Shown here one piece after another: positions 14,441 through 30,100 of a DNA stretch of 64,000 nt. The stretch lies in the NCBI RefSeq assembly GCF_009914755.1, contig NC_060930.1. One strand, given 5' to 3'. Every line of letters begins with the position of its first letter. Within the stretch, counting starts at the first letter, position 1. A program made the position numbers and the translations under genes. The notes beneath the pieces were generated by a model that worked only from the letters and a program-made list of their open reading frames with translations, had not been told where the DNA came from and searched no databases. Source of the DNA: the human T2T-CHM13v2.0 reference genome, Homo sapiens.

Positions 14441-16246
14441 CTGCCGCTGACTATTTTTTTATTCAGTACAACTCTGGAGCCACACAGATTACAAAGCACT
14501 ATGGACAGCGCCTGACACTGAGTAAGTGTTAGATAAAAATTAGCTGTAAATGTCAGGATCTGTTTGTAATGAATCCATAGAATCTTATATCTGCAAAAGG
14601 ATATAATTTAATCTAATCTTCTCCCCCATCCTCCACCTCCCCTACACAGATAATCATTTATAGTACTGGTAACCTAGTGGGAAAAAAAGGTGAATTTTAT
14701 AGAACAGTGCTATACGAAAGCAAATAGCATTTAATAAAATGTTTACGAAATAAGAAAATATTTTTGTGGGTGTGTGTTTTCTTTTAAAAATATTTTTTAT
14801 TCCACTAAATTCTATTTTTTTAGGCCTTAAAGTTTCTGTGGCAAATAGCTTGTCAATATACTTAGTTAGTTCTGCCTCCAAATACTGCAACATTTTATGT
14901 ACATTTTTTTCTCATTTGCCGAGATAAAAATTGGTGTTCATATAAATGATGGTTCCTCAGCTTTCCAAAGAGGAAGTTCTATTTTTATATGCTTATTTTT
15001 CTAATCTTTAATCAATTTATTTTAATCAGGCAAGTTTTCTAACAAATTGCCTGTATTCTTCGTAATAAAACAAAATTACACTTGCCTTTTCCAGTTTTCA
15101 ACAGCAGTCATTGACTACCTTTCTCAAATTCATGCATCAGTATGTCAAAGGCAATTGACTTTCTTTTATAAAATCAATCTTATTTCCAAGAATGTCACTG
15201 AAAACTGAGCAAGAAAACACTAAAAATAATCTGCTTTCTGTATATCTTTTAATGTGAACTATAGTTTAAGAAATACCATTGTGTTGTAGATACTAGTGTT
15301 CTATTTTGGTAGATATTTCCTGATGGCTAATATTGTAAGGCAGACCTGAGAAAACCTAGATAAGATTGTTGATCTATTACTTTTATTTTATTAGAAAGTA
15401 TTCTGGGTAATTTCCATAGTATCAAAATGATTCCCAGTAAAAGATGAATAACTACATATTTCCATTAACTGAAATGTAATAATAAATAAACACTAGCAAG
15501 GACATTTCCAGTGGGTTTTTTTTTTTTTTTAGGAAATTAAATAGAAAACAGCATTGCAGTTTACTTAAGGACAAACTGTTTTGAGAACTGAATTTAAAAT
15601 TAGGCCAAAAGACTAATCATGTCATGAATTATTACACAATGGGAACAAATTTGCCTCCAAACAACCTTAAAAATAGTTGACCCAACAGACTGTGAATAAT
15701 ATTCTTTAGGAAACTAGTTACTGTTTAGGGAACTCTAGGCAAAACTAAAATCTTTCAAGTGTTCCCTTATCCACTAACAAGGTTCAAGTGTTACCAGTGT
15801 TTCCAACATCTTTGTCTCACAGTTATGAACATTCAAAAATCAATGACTCTCAAATTGTATTCCATCTCCTTCATACAGATCCCATTATCACACAAGAAGG
15901 GCCCCAAGATCTCCTTCCATGAAAAATCCTTCTCTCGCCACAATCTCTACTTTTCCAAGACCCTTATTCTTTCCAAGATTACATTGAGAACTGTGGGCAA
16001 GTTTGGCAGCACAATAATGTAATGCCACTATAATCTTCAAACATTTATCCAGCATATAATGCTGATGGAGTGAAATTAATTATCCACCAGCATTGTATGC
16101 TGAATAAATGTTTTAAAATCGTATACTCTTTCAAAAAAAAAAGGGCACTGGATTTAACATAGCATTTTAACTTATCTGGAAATGTCTCAAGTTACAGTTT
16201 TCTCATCCCCTCATGGGATGTAGCTTAAAGTGTCATATACGTCATA

Positions 16247-16641
16247 TGTTAGTTTTTGAGGGCTGCCATAACAAAACTACCAGAAACAACAGAAATTTAC
16301 TTTCTCATAATTCTGGAGACTCAAAGCCCAAGGGTGAGGTGTCAGTAGGTTTGGTTTCTTCTGGTGCCTCTCTCTTTGGCTTGCAGATGGCTCCTTTCTC
16401 ACTCGCCCTCACATGGCCATCCCTCTGCGAGTGCACGTGTCTGCTGTCTCTCCCTGTGTCCTAATTTTCTCTTGTTAATAAAACACCCAGTCATATTGGA
16501 GTAGGGCCTAATGATCTAATGATTACATTTTAACGTAATTACTTCTTTAAGGTCCTATCTCCAAATAGTCACATCCTGAGGTACTGGGGGTTAGGATTTT
16601 CCACATTTGAATTTTGGAGGGACACAATTCAGCCCCTAACA
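16247..16641 (-). mobile_element. MaLR LTR (MLT1B/C-like)
   Basis: ggctgccataacaaaactacc ... gacacaattcagcccctaaca. Confidence 0.75.
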
Positions 16642-17643
16642 GCTGGCCACCACAGAATATTAAAATTAGACAAGGGAGGACCGTGTTTCAACCTCTGACA
16701 GCTTTTGATCACAAAAGCTATCAGACATAACTGTCCACCGTGGCATTTCATACTTCATTTTTGGACTCTGAATCATTTTCTGCACAAGAAAATTTGCAAC
16801 AACAGAAGAAACAAAAGCCATTTCATTTACTAATTAACATATCCTTGCTAAAGTAGAGTCAGTGTCCTGAGAGGCCAAAACAAACAAAAAACCCAGCAAA
16901 TTAGTCCCTGCTTTGAATTAAGTGCTAGTTCTCTCTTGAGCTTTCTTTTGTGAATCAGACAAATTCATGGAAACTGCACTGACAGATTTAAAAGTAAGAA
17001 AATAAATCTTTAAAAATCACTCGTTCCTTAGAAACAGCATTACATCAAGTGTATCCATTGCATTTTGTGCTACAAATAACAGGAGATTTTACTAACAGGG
17101 ATTTAAACAATAAGGACATTTATTAGATAACAATAAGCCCAGTGGCAGCAGATCCAAGTTGGTTAATTCTAAAGGACAATGAAGATGGCTCCAGTGGTTT
17201 CCCATTTCTCCCCTCTGTCATGTCAAGCATTGGTTTCTGTCATGTTATGGTTAAAAGGTGGAAGTCAGGCATCCCCCTCTCACACAAGTGCACCCAGAGG
17301 CTGGAAAGGAAGGCTTTATCCTCTCAAATCTTTTGTTTTGTTTTGTTTTGTTTTGTTTTTAATATCAAGGAGGAAAACTTCCCAAAGACCGCCCCTTACA
17401 TTTCATGGCCCAGTTCTCTCCTAGGCCACTTCTGGTCAAGAGAAATGAAATTTATTCCGTTGCTTTTCACACACATAGACAAGATAGACACATGCTGTAG
17501 AGAAGTGCTTTTTAACTAATTTCCTCACAAGGGCACCGTCCACTTCAGCTGGAATGCACTCAATTTACATTTCACCAGAATTTTCATGAGAGAACCTGAG
17601 ATTATCAGTATCATGCTTCCAATGTATTCTGGTGTTTCCATGC

Positions 17644-18181
17644 CTTGTTCCAGTAATCTGTTGCTCCATAAAAAGTCCGTCCCAAACATAGCTGAAAGCA
17701 GTTAATCATTTATCTTTCTCATTGATCTTGGCTGAATGGACTCTGCCAGGTAGCTCTCGCATGGGGTCTCTACGCAGCTGCAGTCAGGCAGTGGCTGGGG
17801 CTGGGGTCATCTTGAAGGCTTCTTCACTCGTATGCCTGACACCTCATCCAGGCTGGAAAGAGTCCAATAGCTGCAGGCTAGAACAGCTGGGTCTCCTTGA
17901 ACCTGTCTCTTTCTTTCTAGGAAGCCTTTCTACATGCTGACTTCAGGGTAGGTGGACTTTTCACATGGCAACTGAGGCTCCCTTAACAGGTGCCCCATGA
18001 AACCTGTCAGAAGCTGCCTGCCCTTGTCTAACCTAGCCTTGGAAGTCACACAGCGTCACTTTTGCTACATTTATTCATCAAGACAGCTGCAAAACCACCC
18101 AGGTTCAAGAGAAGGGAACATAAACGCCACCTCTTGATAAGAGAAGTTTCAAAGAACTAGTGGACATTTTAATACCATCAC
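17644..18181 (-). mobile_element. MaLR LTR (MLT1F-H-like)
   Basis: ggctggggctggggtcatcttgaagg and ctagccttggaagtcacacagcgtcac are MLT1-type motifs. Confidence 0.6.
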
Positions 18182-18777
18182 ATACTCCTTAGAGATTGCC
18201 CCCACTGTTAACTGTTTAGCTGAACCACCTCTTAATTCACCTGTGACTCCACTGAACCTGCTTTCTATGGCCACCTGGACCTCCAGTCTCTCATCTCTCA
18301 GCGTTCTCCCTGTGGATAATTTTCACATTCACTTCACAGATCTCCAACGATGGACTGTTTGGAGGCAGAGATCATGGTCTTTGTGAAAAGAGACCAGGAC
18401 TTCTAGTTAATCCCTATATTTCAGTAAAGCCAAAATCAACCCTACTAAGACAAAGACTTTCAAAACCAGTGTTCCCAACTAGTAAAGTTATAGGCTTTAT
18501 TTTCTCTCATACTTTTTGGTCTCCAAAGGAGAAGTAAAGCATAAAAATATCCAAATAGCAATGTGGAAGGTTGTCCTACACCAAGAAGGCCCAAGATTAT
18601 CTATCTACAGGTTTGTCCATCCCTTGAATGGACATGAGCAGAAAATCAAAAAGCAGGAAGGCCAGTGCGGGAGGAATTTTTTCCTTGGCAGGACATTCTG
18701 AGCCCACCTACGCTCCTGCCCCTCTGAAGGTGAAGGATTGGTTTTATACTGCTTTGTCTACCTAGTAAAAACAATGA

Positions 18778-19270
18778 CCAGCTTGGGCAACACAGAAAGA
18801 CTTCATCTCAACTGGGCAGTGGCTTACGCCTGTAATCCCAGCACTTTGGGAGGCCGAGGCAGGCAGATCACAAGGACAAGAGTTCGAGCCCAGCCTGGCC
18901 AACATAGTGAAGCCCTGTCTCTACTAAAAATACAAAAAACAATAGCTGGGCATGGTGGCAGGTGCCTGTAATCCCAGCTACTTGGGAGGCTGAGGCAAGG
19001 AGAATCACTTGAACCCAGGAGGCGGAGGTTGCAACAGGCGACAGTGAGACTCTGTCTCAAAAAAAAAAAAAAAAAAAAGAAAGACCTCGTCTCTATGCAA
19101 AATAAATTTAAAAATTAATTAAATATAAATAGTAGTTCCAGCTACTTAGGAGGCTGAAGTGGGAGGATCACTTGAGCCTGGGAGGTTCGGGCTACAGTGA
19201 GCCGCCATTGAACCACTACACTCCAACGTGGGTGACAGAGCAAGAACCTGTCTCAAAACAAAAGACAAAA
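18778..19270 (+). mobile_element. AluS (18811-19078, right-arm deletion) nested in an older AluJ remnant
   Basis: TSD agaaagac(t/c)tc(a/g)tctc flanks the inner Alu. Confidence 0.85.
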
Positions 19271-20108
19271 AACAGCAAACAAAACACAGTGAGCATCTGC
19301 AATCTTGTCTCATTTATTCTTGAATGTTTCTCTGCTTAGTATCAGTTAAGCAGACTGATCTTTTCTTGAATGAAAGATTGGACTGAGAGCCTGGAGATAT
19401 GAGTATTCCTCGAGACAATTTCACAGAGAAAAATTAAAGAAAAATACTTAGGGATGGCTTAATCATTTAGAAAGAAAATGAAACATATTGTACACGTAAT
19501 AGAAGGAAGAAAGAAAAGGACTTCAATGTAGTTTAATCAAAGACATATAATGCACTATGTGTAAACAAATCATTCAATCCTGAGTATCTTTGATTCAGCC
19601 TTAAATTATGTTAACATTATTTTGTTTGTTCATTTGGTTTGTTTTGTTTTAAGCAGGAATGTTGAGAGAAACAGGAAGTTGTACTTTTGAGAATGCAAAG
19701 CACAAAATTTACAGCTACTTTGTTTCAGTACAATAGACCTGAGAAGTTACACTTACAAGCTACAAAATATAAGTAAAATGTATACTTATTCTGCACTTTG
19801 TCATCACAAAATTGAGCTTCTGTCTAATTCTGTGACTGAGTTTAGAGTTTTCCTCTAAACTTTAGAAGTCTGTCTTACTAGCTTTAAGGATTTCTATTTT
19901 TAATCTTGATGTTACAAATATTTGTTTTGGAAACCGCATAGCTAACATACTTGGTGAAAAGTTGAAATCGTTTTTTCTAAGATCAGGAACAAGAGGAGGA
20001 TACCCACTCTCACCACCTTTACTCAACATAGTACTGGTTACATGATCTTTTTTTTTTTTTTTTTTTTTTTTGAGACGGAGTTTTGCTCTTTCGCCTAGGC
20101 TGGAGTGA

Positions 20109-20396
<288 letters not shown>

Positions 20397-21444
20397 TAGA
20401 ACTAATAAACTAATTCAGCAAAGTTGCAGGAAACTAAATCAACGTGCAAAAATCAATCGCATTTCTATACACTCACAATGAACTATGCAAAAAAGAAATC
20501 AGTAAAACAAACCCAGTTAGAATAGCTAAAAATAATAGTAATAAAATAATTCAGAATAAATTAAGCCAAGGAGGTGAAAGATCTGTACACTGAAGACTAT
20601 AAGACATTGATGAAAGAAGTTGAAAAAGACACAAAGACAATGGAAAGATAGCTCATGTTCATGGATTAGAAGAGTTAGTATTGTAAACATTTTTATACTT
20701 CCCAAAGCAATCTATAGATTCAATGTAATCCCTCTCAGAATTCCAATAACATTTTCCGCAGAGACAGAAAAGATAATCCTAAAATTCATATGGAACCACA
20801 AAAGATCGCTAATAGCCAAAGCAATCTTGAGCAAAAAGAACAAAGCTGGAGGCATCAACACTACCTGATTTAAAAATCTACTACAAAGCTAATATAATCA
20901 AAACAGCATGGTACTAGCATAAAAACAGCCACATAGACCAACAAAACAGAATAGAAAGCCCAGAAGTAAATCCATGTATTTACAATCAGTTGACCTTCAA
21001 CAAAGATGCCACGAACACATATTGTGGAAAGGACAACTGTATATCTAGCTGCACAAGAATAAAGTTAAACCCTCATCTCATACCACATACAAAAATCAAC
21101 TCAAAATGTATCAAAAACTTAAACATTAAGACCTGAAACTACAAAACTACTAGAAGAAAACATAAGGGGAAAGTTCCATGACGTTGGTCTGGGCAAAGAT
21201 TTTTTGAATATGACCCCAAAAGCACAGGCAACAAAAACAAAACTAGACAAATGGAATTACATCAAACTAAGAAGCATCTGCCCAGAAATGGAAACAAACA
21301 ATCAATAGAGTGAAGAGACAACCCATGGAATGGGAGAATATATTTGCAAGCCATACATCTGACAAGTTAATATCCAAAATATGATAAGGAATTCAAACAA
21401 CTTAATTAAAGAAAAATAACACAATTTAAAAATGGGCCAAGGAC

Positions 21445-22510
<1,066 letters not shown>

Positions 22511-23277
22511 TTATCTCATACCTGCTAGAATGACTATTATCAAAAAGATGAAAAATATCTACTGTAGGTGAGAATATGGGGAAAAGAAAACCCCTACACA
22601 TTGTCGATGGGAATGTAAATTAGTACAGCCTTTATGGAAAACAATAGGAAGTTTCCTCAAAAAATTAAAAATAGAACTACTCTCTGATCCAGCAATCCCA
22701 CTATTGAGTATATATCCAGAGGAAACATAGTCATTCAGCCAAAGAGATACCTACATGTGCATTGCAGCATTATTCACAATTGCCAAGGTATGGAATCAAC
22801 CTAAGCATTCATCAAATGCTTATTCAACAAATGAATAAACAAAGAAAATGTGGTATGTACACATAACGGAATACTAATCAGCTTTTGAAAAGAAGGAAAT
22901 TCTGTCATTTGCGACAACATGGGTGAACCTGGAGGACATTGTGTTAAGTGAAATAAGACAGGCACAGAAAGAAAAATACCACATGATCTCACTTTTATGT
23001 GGAGTGTTAAAAATTCAAACTCATAGGAATAGAGAGCAAAATGGTGGTTAACAAAAGCTGGGGTTTAGGAGAGTAGGTCGATATTGGTCAAAGGACACAA
23101 AATTTCAGTTAGACAGTAATAAGTTCAAGATATCTATTGTACATCATCGTGACTATAGTTAATAATACATTGTATACTTGAAAATTACAAAGAGAGCAGA
23201 TTCTAAGTGTTCTCACTTAAGACCAGCTTAAAAATAAGTACATGAGGCAACACATGTTAAATAGTTTTATTTACCCC

Positions 23278-23381
23278 TCCCATAAGGTATATAAATATAC
23301 CTTATGGTATACCTTGTGGTATAAATTTATATATATATATTTATAAATATATAAATAAATATTTATATATACATAAATATT

Positions 23382-23416
<35 letters not shown>

Positions 23417-23425
23417 CTTGTGGGA
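23278..23425. repeat. AT-rich palindromic (TA)n/(CA)n tract inside the L1 3' UTR
   Basis: Perfect inverted repeat at 23280-23307 followed by TA-rich runs. Confidence 0.9.
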
Positions 23426-23836
23426 GTTACATAATAAAACATCATGTTGTACACCATAAATAGATGCAGTTTTTACTTGTCAATTTAAAAATATTCAAAA
23501 TTGCATTATTATAAAAATATTTTAAAACATTAAGAACTCAGCATGTATTCAGAGGATGCTCATAAAATATTCATTTCTTCAACAGATATTATGTAGTAGA
23601 CTAAAGAATTATAAGACAGCCCTTATACTTCAAAGAACTTAAAATTGAATGGGAGAAATAATGAATGTAAAGCATGCTTACTATTACTTGTATGTGTAAG
23701 CAGTGTTATCGGAGTTCAGAGAGGCAAATGACTTCTGACTGGCAAGATCTTGATATTTTCAATTTAGATTTACTGAAATATTATGTAATTCCACGGTAAC
23801 AGAAGGAATGTGAAGTTTCTTTTCCTCCCTATCCAA

Positions 23837-23855
23837 TACTTCCCTCTAGTGGCGC
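23837..23855 (-). promoter_or_regulatory. Candidate CTCF motif
   Basis: Minus strand GCGCCACTAGAGGGAAGTA. Confidence 0.5.
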
Positions 23856-24427
23856 CATGGCTCCTTAACAATACAGCCCTACTCCCCAGCGGGTAAGAGA
23901 AAGGGTGGTGGGAACTTTCACTCCATCAACAAATCACTGTCAAATCTGAATTGATCTGTGAACATTAGTTTTGAGTTGAGCCATTTCAAATGAAACCCTT
24001 GTTTCTCTTAGAGAGAACTGGTGTCCCCAGCCAGAAAAAGTGTCCTACCATAAAAGTATCATGTTACAGGGCCCAGCCTTTTAGCATAAGATGCACTGGG
24101 AAAAAGCAGTAATCCCTGAGAAACAAGATATCAAAAGAAAAAATAGACCTCCCATAACTTTCATGAAAAAGTCAATTTCCCTGCTCCCACTCAAAAGCTG
24201 AGGCTCTAGAATCCCGTGAAATGCTGTCAATGCGACAGGCAATTACGTCTTCGAATACTTTTGTTCCACTAACAAAAGAAAAATGTGGATTGTTTTCTAA
24301 GTATGGGTTGAGACACTGTGTGCCTAAAAATGCTTTCTTCTTTCTGTGACACATGCGAGTTTTATTAGAGAGGTGCTAATAAAAGCCCAAAGCTGAAACA
24401 GTGATCTTTACCGGAAACTTTGCAATA

Positions 24428-24649
24428 CAGTTGTCTTTCAGTATCTGCAGGGGATTGGTTCCAGGACCCTCAGGGATACCAAAATCTGCAGATGCTCAAG
24501 TCCTGCAGTTGGCCCTGTGGAACCCACAGCTACGAAAAGCAGGCCGTCATATCCTTGAGTTCTTCATTCCTCAAAAACTGCATTTTAAAACAGGGATTGT
24601 TTGAATCCGTGGATGCTGAACTTGCAGACAGGGAGAACTGGCTGTACTG
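24428..24649. mobile_element. MER2-like Tigger-derived MITE
   Basis: ta-cagttgtctttcagtatctgcaggggattggttccaggaccc start and a complementary ...ggctgtactg end. Confidence 0.75.
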
Positions 24650-25687
24650 TGGCCTCCAGAATTGCTGCTTCAGGGCCTCTCTGAGGAAGCATGGCTCAGT
24701 ATGTAACTCCCTAAAAGCAGAGACATTTTCTGTCTTCTTCATGGGTGTACATTCCAGGGCCTAGAACCTTGCCAGGTTCAGAGTAGACTTTTCAATATTT
24801 CCTGAATGAATACATGAAGGAAAACTGCACATTTCTCCATACAAACCAGCTCTGCCCCAGGACACAAGGAAGGGTAGCTTTGGGAGCATGTGAAGACAGA
24901 GCTTTGGGCACAGCAGCACCTGGATGGGTTGACTTCTTCTCCTGGAGTGGACAAGAAGGGGTGGGCGGGGATATGGAAAATCATGTTCCTGGGCATGTGA
25001 GGTGTCAATGACTCAAAAAAAATTAACTTCAAAGGGTAGCAATGTTCCTGAATGGACAGGTGGGGGCTCAGAATAATGGTTATTTGGGAACTAGTGTAGA
25101 TGTAACCTCAGCTGACTCCCAAGCTGGCATGGCTTCAGCATAACACAGCATTAACAGCCTCACGTCTCCTGAACAGTGCTTTTTCAGTTCTACCATTCTT
25201 ATATTCTTACATTCAAGTGTCTTGGAGGTTGTGTTCCTTTATAAGGAAAATGCTGCAACTGTAAATTATAACTGAAATCCCTAGATCATCTCCACTGTCT
25301 GCTTTCCTGTTTTCCTCTGGTTATAGAAGGTAGAAATCTAAGAATAATGTAGCCTATCCTTTTTACAAATTTACCCATTTTCCTATTAACTTTCTATTGA
25401 TTTTGCTTTCTTTGTGGCAGTTATTCTGCGTCTCACACAAAACATAACTTATAAGATATTAGGTTACTGTTAATATCGTTACTAGCACCTCCTGCCACCC
25501 TTACTTTCATCCAAGCTGACAACTCACTTTGCTCAATAGTCTGAAATCTTGCTTAGTTTATTATAATAGCCTCCTCATTATCCATTTTATCTCCACTCTG
25601 GTCCATCTTATATATTACTGCCTAAATCTTCTGAATTTCTATAATCATATTTTCTCCTACCCCCAATAGTGCCCCATCAAAAAATCA

Positions 25688-26005
<318 letters not shown>

Positions 26006-26189
26006 GAGGTTTCATCTGTAAGAAAATCTTCAGAGCATTAGCTCCTTAAATAGAAGCCACCGATTGGCAGGAAGTGAGCCCTAAAACAAACTGCCAACAA
26101 TGTTACCCTTCATTTGGTAGATCCCAGGCAGTCAGAGCCCTTCCTTGAAATTTTTGAACTTGGAATCAAAAACAGCCTTTATTTTCTGT

Positions 26190-26565
26190 CAGGTGTGTCC
26201 CACTGAATTTCACATGTTGAATCCCTAACTCCCAATGCAACCATATTTGGAGATAGGACCTATAGGGAGGTAATAAAGGTTAAATGAGGTCATAAGCGTG
26301 GGGGCCCAATCTGATAGTATTGGTGTCCTTACAAAGAGAGAAAGATACCCCACAACTTGTTCACTCTCCACACATCACAAGGAAAGGCCATGTGAGAAGG
26401 CTACCCTATCTGCAAGCCAGGAAGGGAGCCCTCATTAGGAACCAAATGAGCCGGCACCTTGATCTGGGACTCCTACGGCTCCAGAACTGTGAGAAACTAA
26501 ATTTCTATTGTTGAAGCCAGCTGGTCTGTGGTATACTGTTACAGCAGCCCAAACCATCTAATATC
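26190..26565 (+). mobile_element. MaLR LTR (MST/MLT1A-like)
   Basis: catgttgaatccctaactcccaatg ... gtatactgttacagcagccc. Confidence 0.75.
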
Positions 26566-27765
26566 AGTGGTGAAGCTGGGAAGCATGTCATCAGAGGATA
26601 CATTTCTGCCATGCTCAACAAGGGAATTTCAAAGGATGAACCATGACAAGAGATGGAGAGAGTCCTAAAAATACTCCTGTGCTCCAGTTGTTTATACATA
26701 GGACAAAGAGCAGAACACTATCGAAGTATTCTTCTTTCTTTTGTACCTACTATATGTATGAATGAGATTTATAATCAGAAAGTTTTTTAAATAATAATAA
26801 ACGCATGGTGTTCTTTATTAAGTGTTCTATATAACTCCACTTCTTTTTCTCGGCCTACTTTATAATCATCTAAAACAAAAAAAGAATTTCTACCAACTAA
26901 AAGGCTTGATTTGGAAACCAGTTATCAAAAATGTATGATTTAAGCTAGGCTGCTACAGCTTTGGGAAATCAACATAGGGAATCTTTCAAGACTTGAGAAA
27001 TAAACTCATGTTCAAAATTACTTCTTGAGAAATGCATCTTTTTGTTTTGTTTTGTTTGCTTTTGTCTTTCAATTCTGTAAAGGGATTCTGTCTGTTTCGT
27101 CCAGACATTTTTTTGATAAATATGGACAGAGGTAAACAAAAAAGAGACTCCAGGCTCCTCATCCTTGACTGAGACTTCCTGGTCTGTTCCTTTGTTGTAT
27201 GGTCCAACTAAAGTGGAAAGAAAACTTTTTTTGAAATCATTTTAATGATCATTAGCATAGAATTAAGATGGGGAAACGATCAACTGTAAAGATATGTTTT
27301 TGTGACCAAAACAGTCAAGATGGTTCACTGCATACTGATTTCCCAAAGCAGGTACTATTTTAGGAAAAAGCACTGTAGGGAGAGTATCCAAATGTTAATG
27401 GCCATAGGCTGTTCTAGTTATAACTGCATTAACTGGGGTAAAATGGCCTGGAAAGAGAAAAAACAAGGCCAAACAAGGATACCAGCTTTTAGCCACCAGA
27501 CTAATGCTAGAGAATATTTTTAGCAGCTCCCCAGAGGGAAGATGATGGCCTCCTCCAAGAGGTCAATAAAGATCTGGCATAATCTCAGAATTCAAGAAAC
27601 AGCCCATCTTACATTGTACTAATGCAACATTGATAATTAGAAATCAACACTCAAATCCAAATTTACATACATACATGCATATATTCTGGCACTAAGTCTG
27701 CAATATCTAATGTTACGAATTTCCCTTCCTTTAACTGACTTCATGTATGCCTTAAAATTACCATT

Positions 27766-27897
27766 TCTTTCTTTTTTTGAGAGAGAGAGAGTCTCATTAT
27801 GTTGCCCAGGCTGGATTCCAACTGCTGGGCTCAAGCCATCCTCCCTTCTCAGCTTCCAAGTAGCTGGGATTACAGGCACGTGCCACCGTGCCTGGCT
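27766..27897 (-). mobile_element. Free left Alu monomer (FLAM)
   Basis: Single monomer; TSD aattaccatttc. Confidence 0.85.
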
Positions 27898-28649
27898 TAC
27901 AATTACCATTTCAGTAGGCAATTTTCTAGTTTCCAAGCAATGTAATTGTAAACATTTAATCCTTTTTTCCCTCCAGTATATTATACTGAGATAAAAATTT
28001 AGAAAATGTCTTGGGTTTTTATTGGTTTTCCTCATTAATGAGTCCTTCAAAATATCCTTGACTTGTAGAAGCTGGTTTTTTGTGTTTTTTTCAGATAGTA
28101 AATAGCAGCTGTAAAACTATAATTTCAATAGAAATAGGCAACTGGAATAGATACACAGTCAGACTCACAGGAGTCTGAAAGAAGAGCGAAATGAAAAAAT
28201 TGCCAATTCTTATGATGCTAATTCATCAAACATAACCACGAATACAACAATATTCAAAAGGAATAAAGTTTGTGGGGAAAGCAACCAGTAAAATTATCCT
28301 AAGTACTTTTTTCCTTTTTTCTGCATTTAGGAATAACATGGTACATAACACATAAACAAAGGGCTTCAGAATAAGACATATCTAGGTTTGAGTTCTAGTT
28401 CAAATGTAATTATTGTGTATTTGATCTCGGTATGTTCTCAGCTTCCAGTTCTTACTAATGATAGTAACAATAACTGCCTGAGATAGATTGTCTACATTAA
28501 TTTATATTTGGGATTCTTGCTAAATCAATATTATAGTTATCAGATCGTGTTGCAGATTATGAAACCAGAAAACAAATCTATCTAGACCCTGTGTGTAGTG
28601 GTATAACCATTTGTTGTGCTAGTCACTGTGGAAGAGAGAACAACAGCTG

Positions 28650-30100
28650 CTTTCTCCTACTCCCTATACTCTACAACACTTGTCCTCTTTCTGCAATTCA
28701 TCCCTGCAAAGCAATTTCCTTTTCCCATTCCTTGGAATGCTTTTCTTCTCACTGTTAGCTGGCTCCTTTTTTTCTGGTCTCAGTTCAAATGTAACTTTAC
28801 TCAGCCCTTTTCTAGCTTCCACTGCGCTATTCCTCCTAATAGATCACCCTGTTGATCTGCAGTTCCCACTATAGGACAGTATCAGGCTTATGAATTATTT
28901 GTTGTCTATCTCCACCAACTGGAATGTAAGACCCATGAAAGGGCTTGCTCATCTATTTCACAGCTGTATTCTCTGAGCCTACAACAGTGCTTTATACACA
29001 GTAGACTCATACTCAGTAAGAAATTGTGGGATGGGTGGATGAGGAAGGGTAAGGTTTAAGTGAATGATAAAGATCCTCCTCTGCTCATAATCTGAACACT
29101 TTCCATCGTTTTCATGGCTAACAGCTGCTCTTAGTCTTCATCACCTCTCATCTAGGTTGCTGCAGTAAGCATCTTAAAGGATCTGCCTGTTTCTACCGCT
29201 GCCCCTCTATGGTCTATTTTATCACAACAATCAGGCTAGTCCTCTAAAACATGTAAGTCATTCTTCATTGAGAAATCCTATGATGGCTCTCCATGTCACT
29301 CAAAAGCCAGTCCTTAAAATAACCTACAAGGCCCTAATTGATGTGGCCCACCCCCTACTAACTTCCTCTCCATCACCCACTGAGTGGTATCTACTCTTGC
29401 CTTTCTGTTCTTTGAACATGCCAGGCACCTTAGGACATTTGCTCTAGGCTGTTTCCTTTTCCTAGAGTGCCTTTTGCCCATATACAGTTAGCCCTCCATA
29501 TCTGTGGGTTCCGCATCTGTGGATTCAACCAACAGCTTGAAAACATTTAGTAAAAAATAAATGGCTGCATCTGTATTGAACACATACAGACTTTCTTATT
29601 GGTCCTTATCCCCAAAACAATACAGTATATTTACACAGCATTTATCCTGCACTAGGCATTATAACCAACCTAGAGATTATTTAAAGTATACAGGAGGATG
29701 TGCATAGGTTACATGCAAACACTACACCATTTTATATAAAAGGCTTGGGCATTCACAGATTTCCGTATCTGTGGGAGGTCCCAGAACCAATTTCTAACAC
29801 AGTGGGATGACTGTTTCTGACCAGTTCACTTTCGGATGTCTCGAAATAATCTGACCTTCCTGTTGAAGCCTATCCTAACTTTAATACTGCAACCAACCAA
29901 CCACACCCATGTGAGTTCTCCCCTTTGGTCTTTTTCCATAGAACTTATCTTTTAACCTACTGTGCAATTTATTTTTAAACTCTCTTTCCTACCACCCCTT
30001 TCTATAACATATGAGGGGAAGAATCTGCTTTTGTTCACCAGTGATTCCTAGGTACCTAAAACCAGTTAGGACACAGTAGGCAATCAGTATCTCTTGACGA
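28650..30100 (-). mobile_element. L2 fragments, split by a Tigger3/MER7-like DNA transposon at 29484-29814
   Basis: L2 3' motifs (ggaatgtaagacccatgaaagg, cctacaacagtgc); TIR cagttagccctccatatctgtggg ... gggatgactg. Confidence 0.65.

Noticed and set aside
20620-20868. ORF resembling the L1 ORF2 protein
   Set aside because: A degenerate fragment of an old, interrupted L1; not a functional gene.
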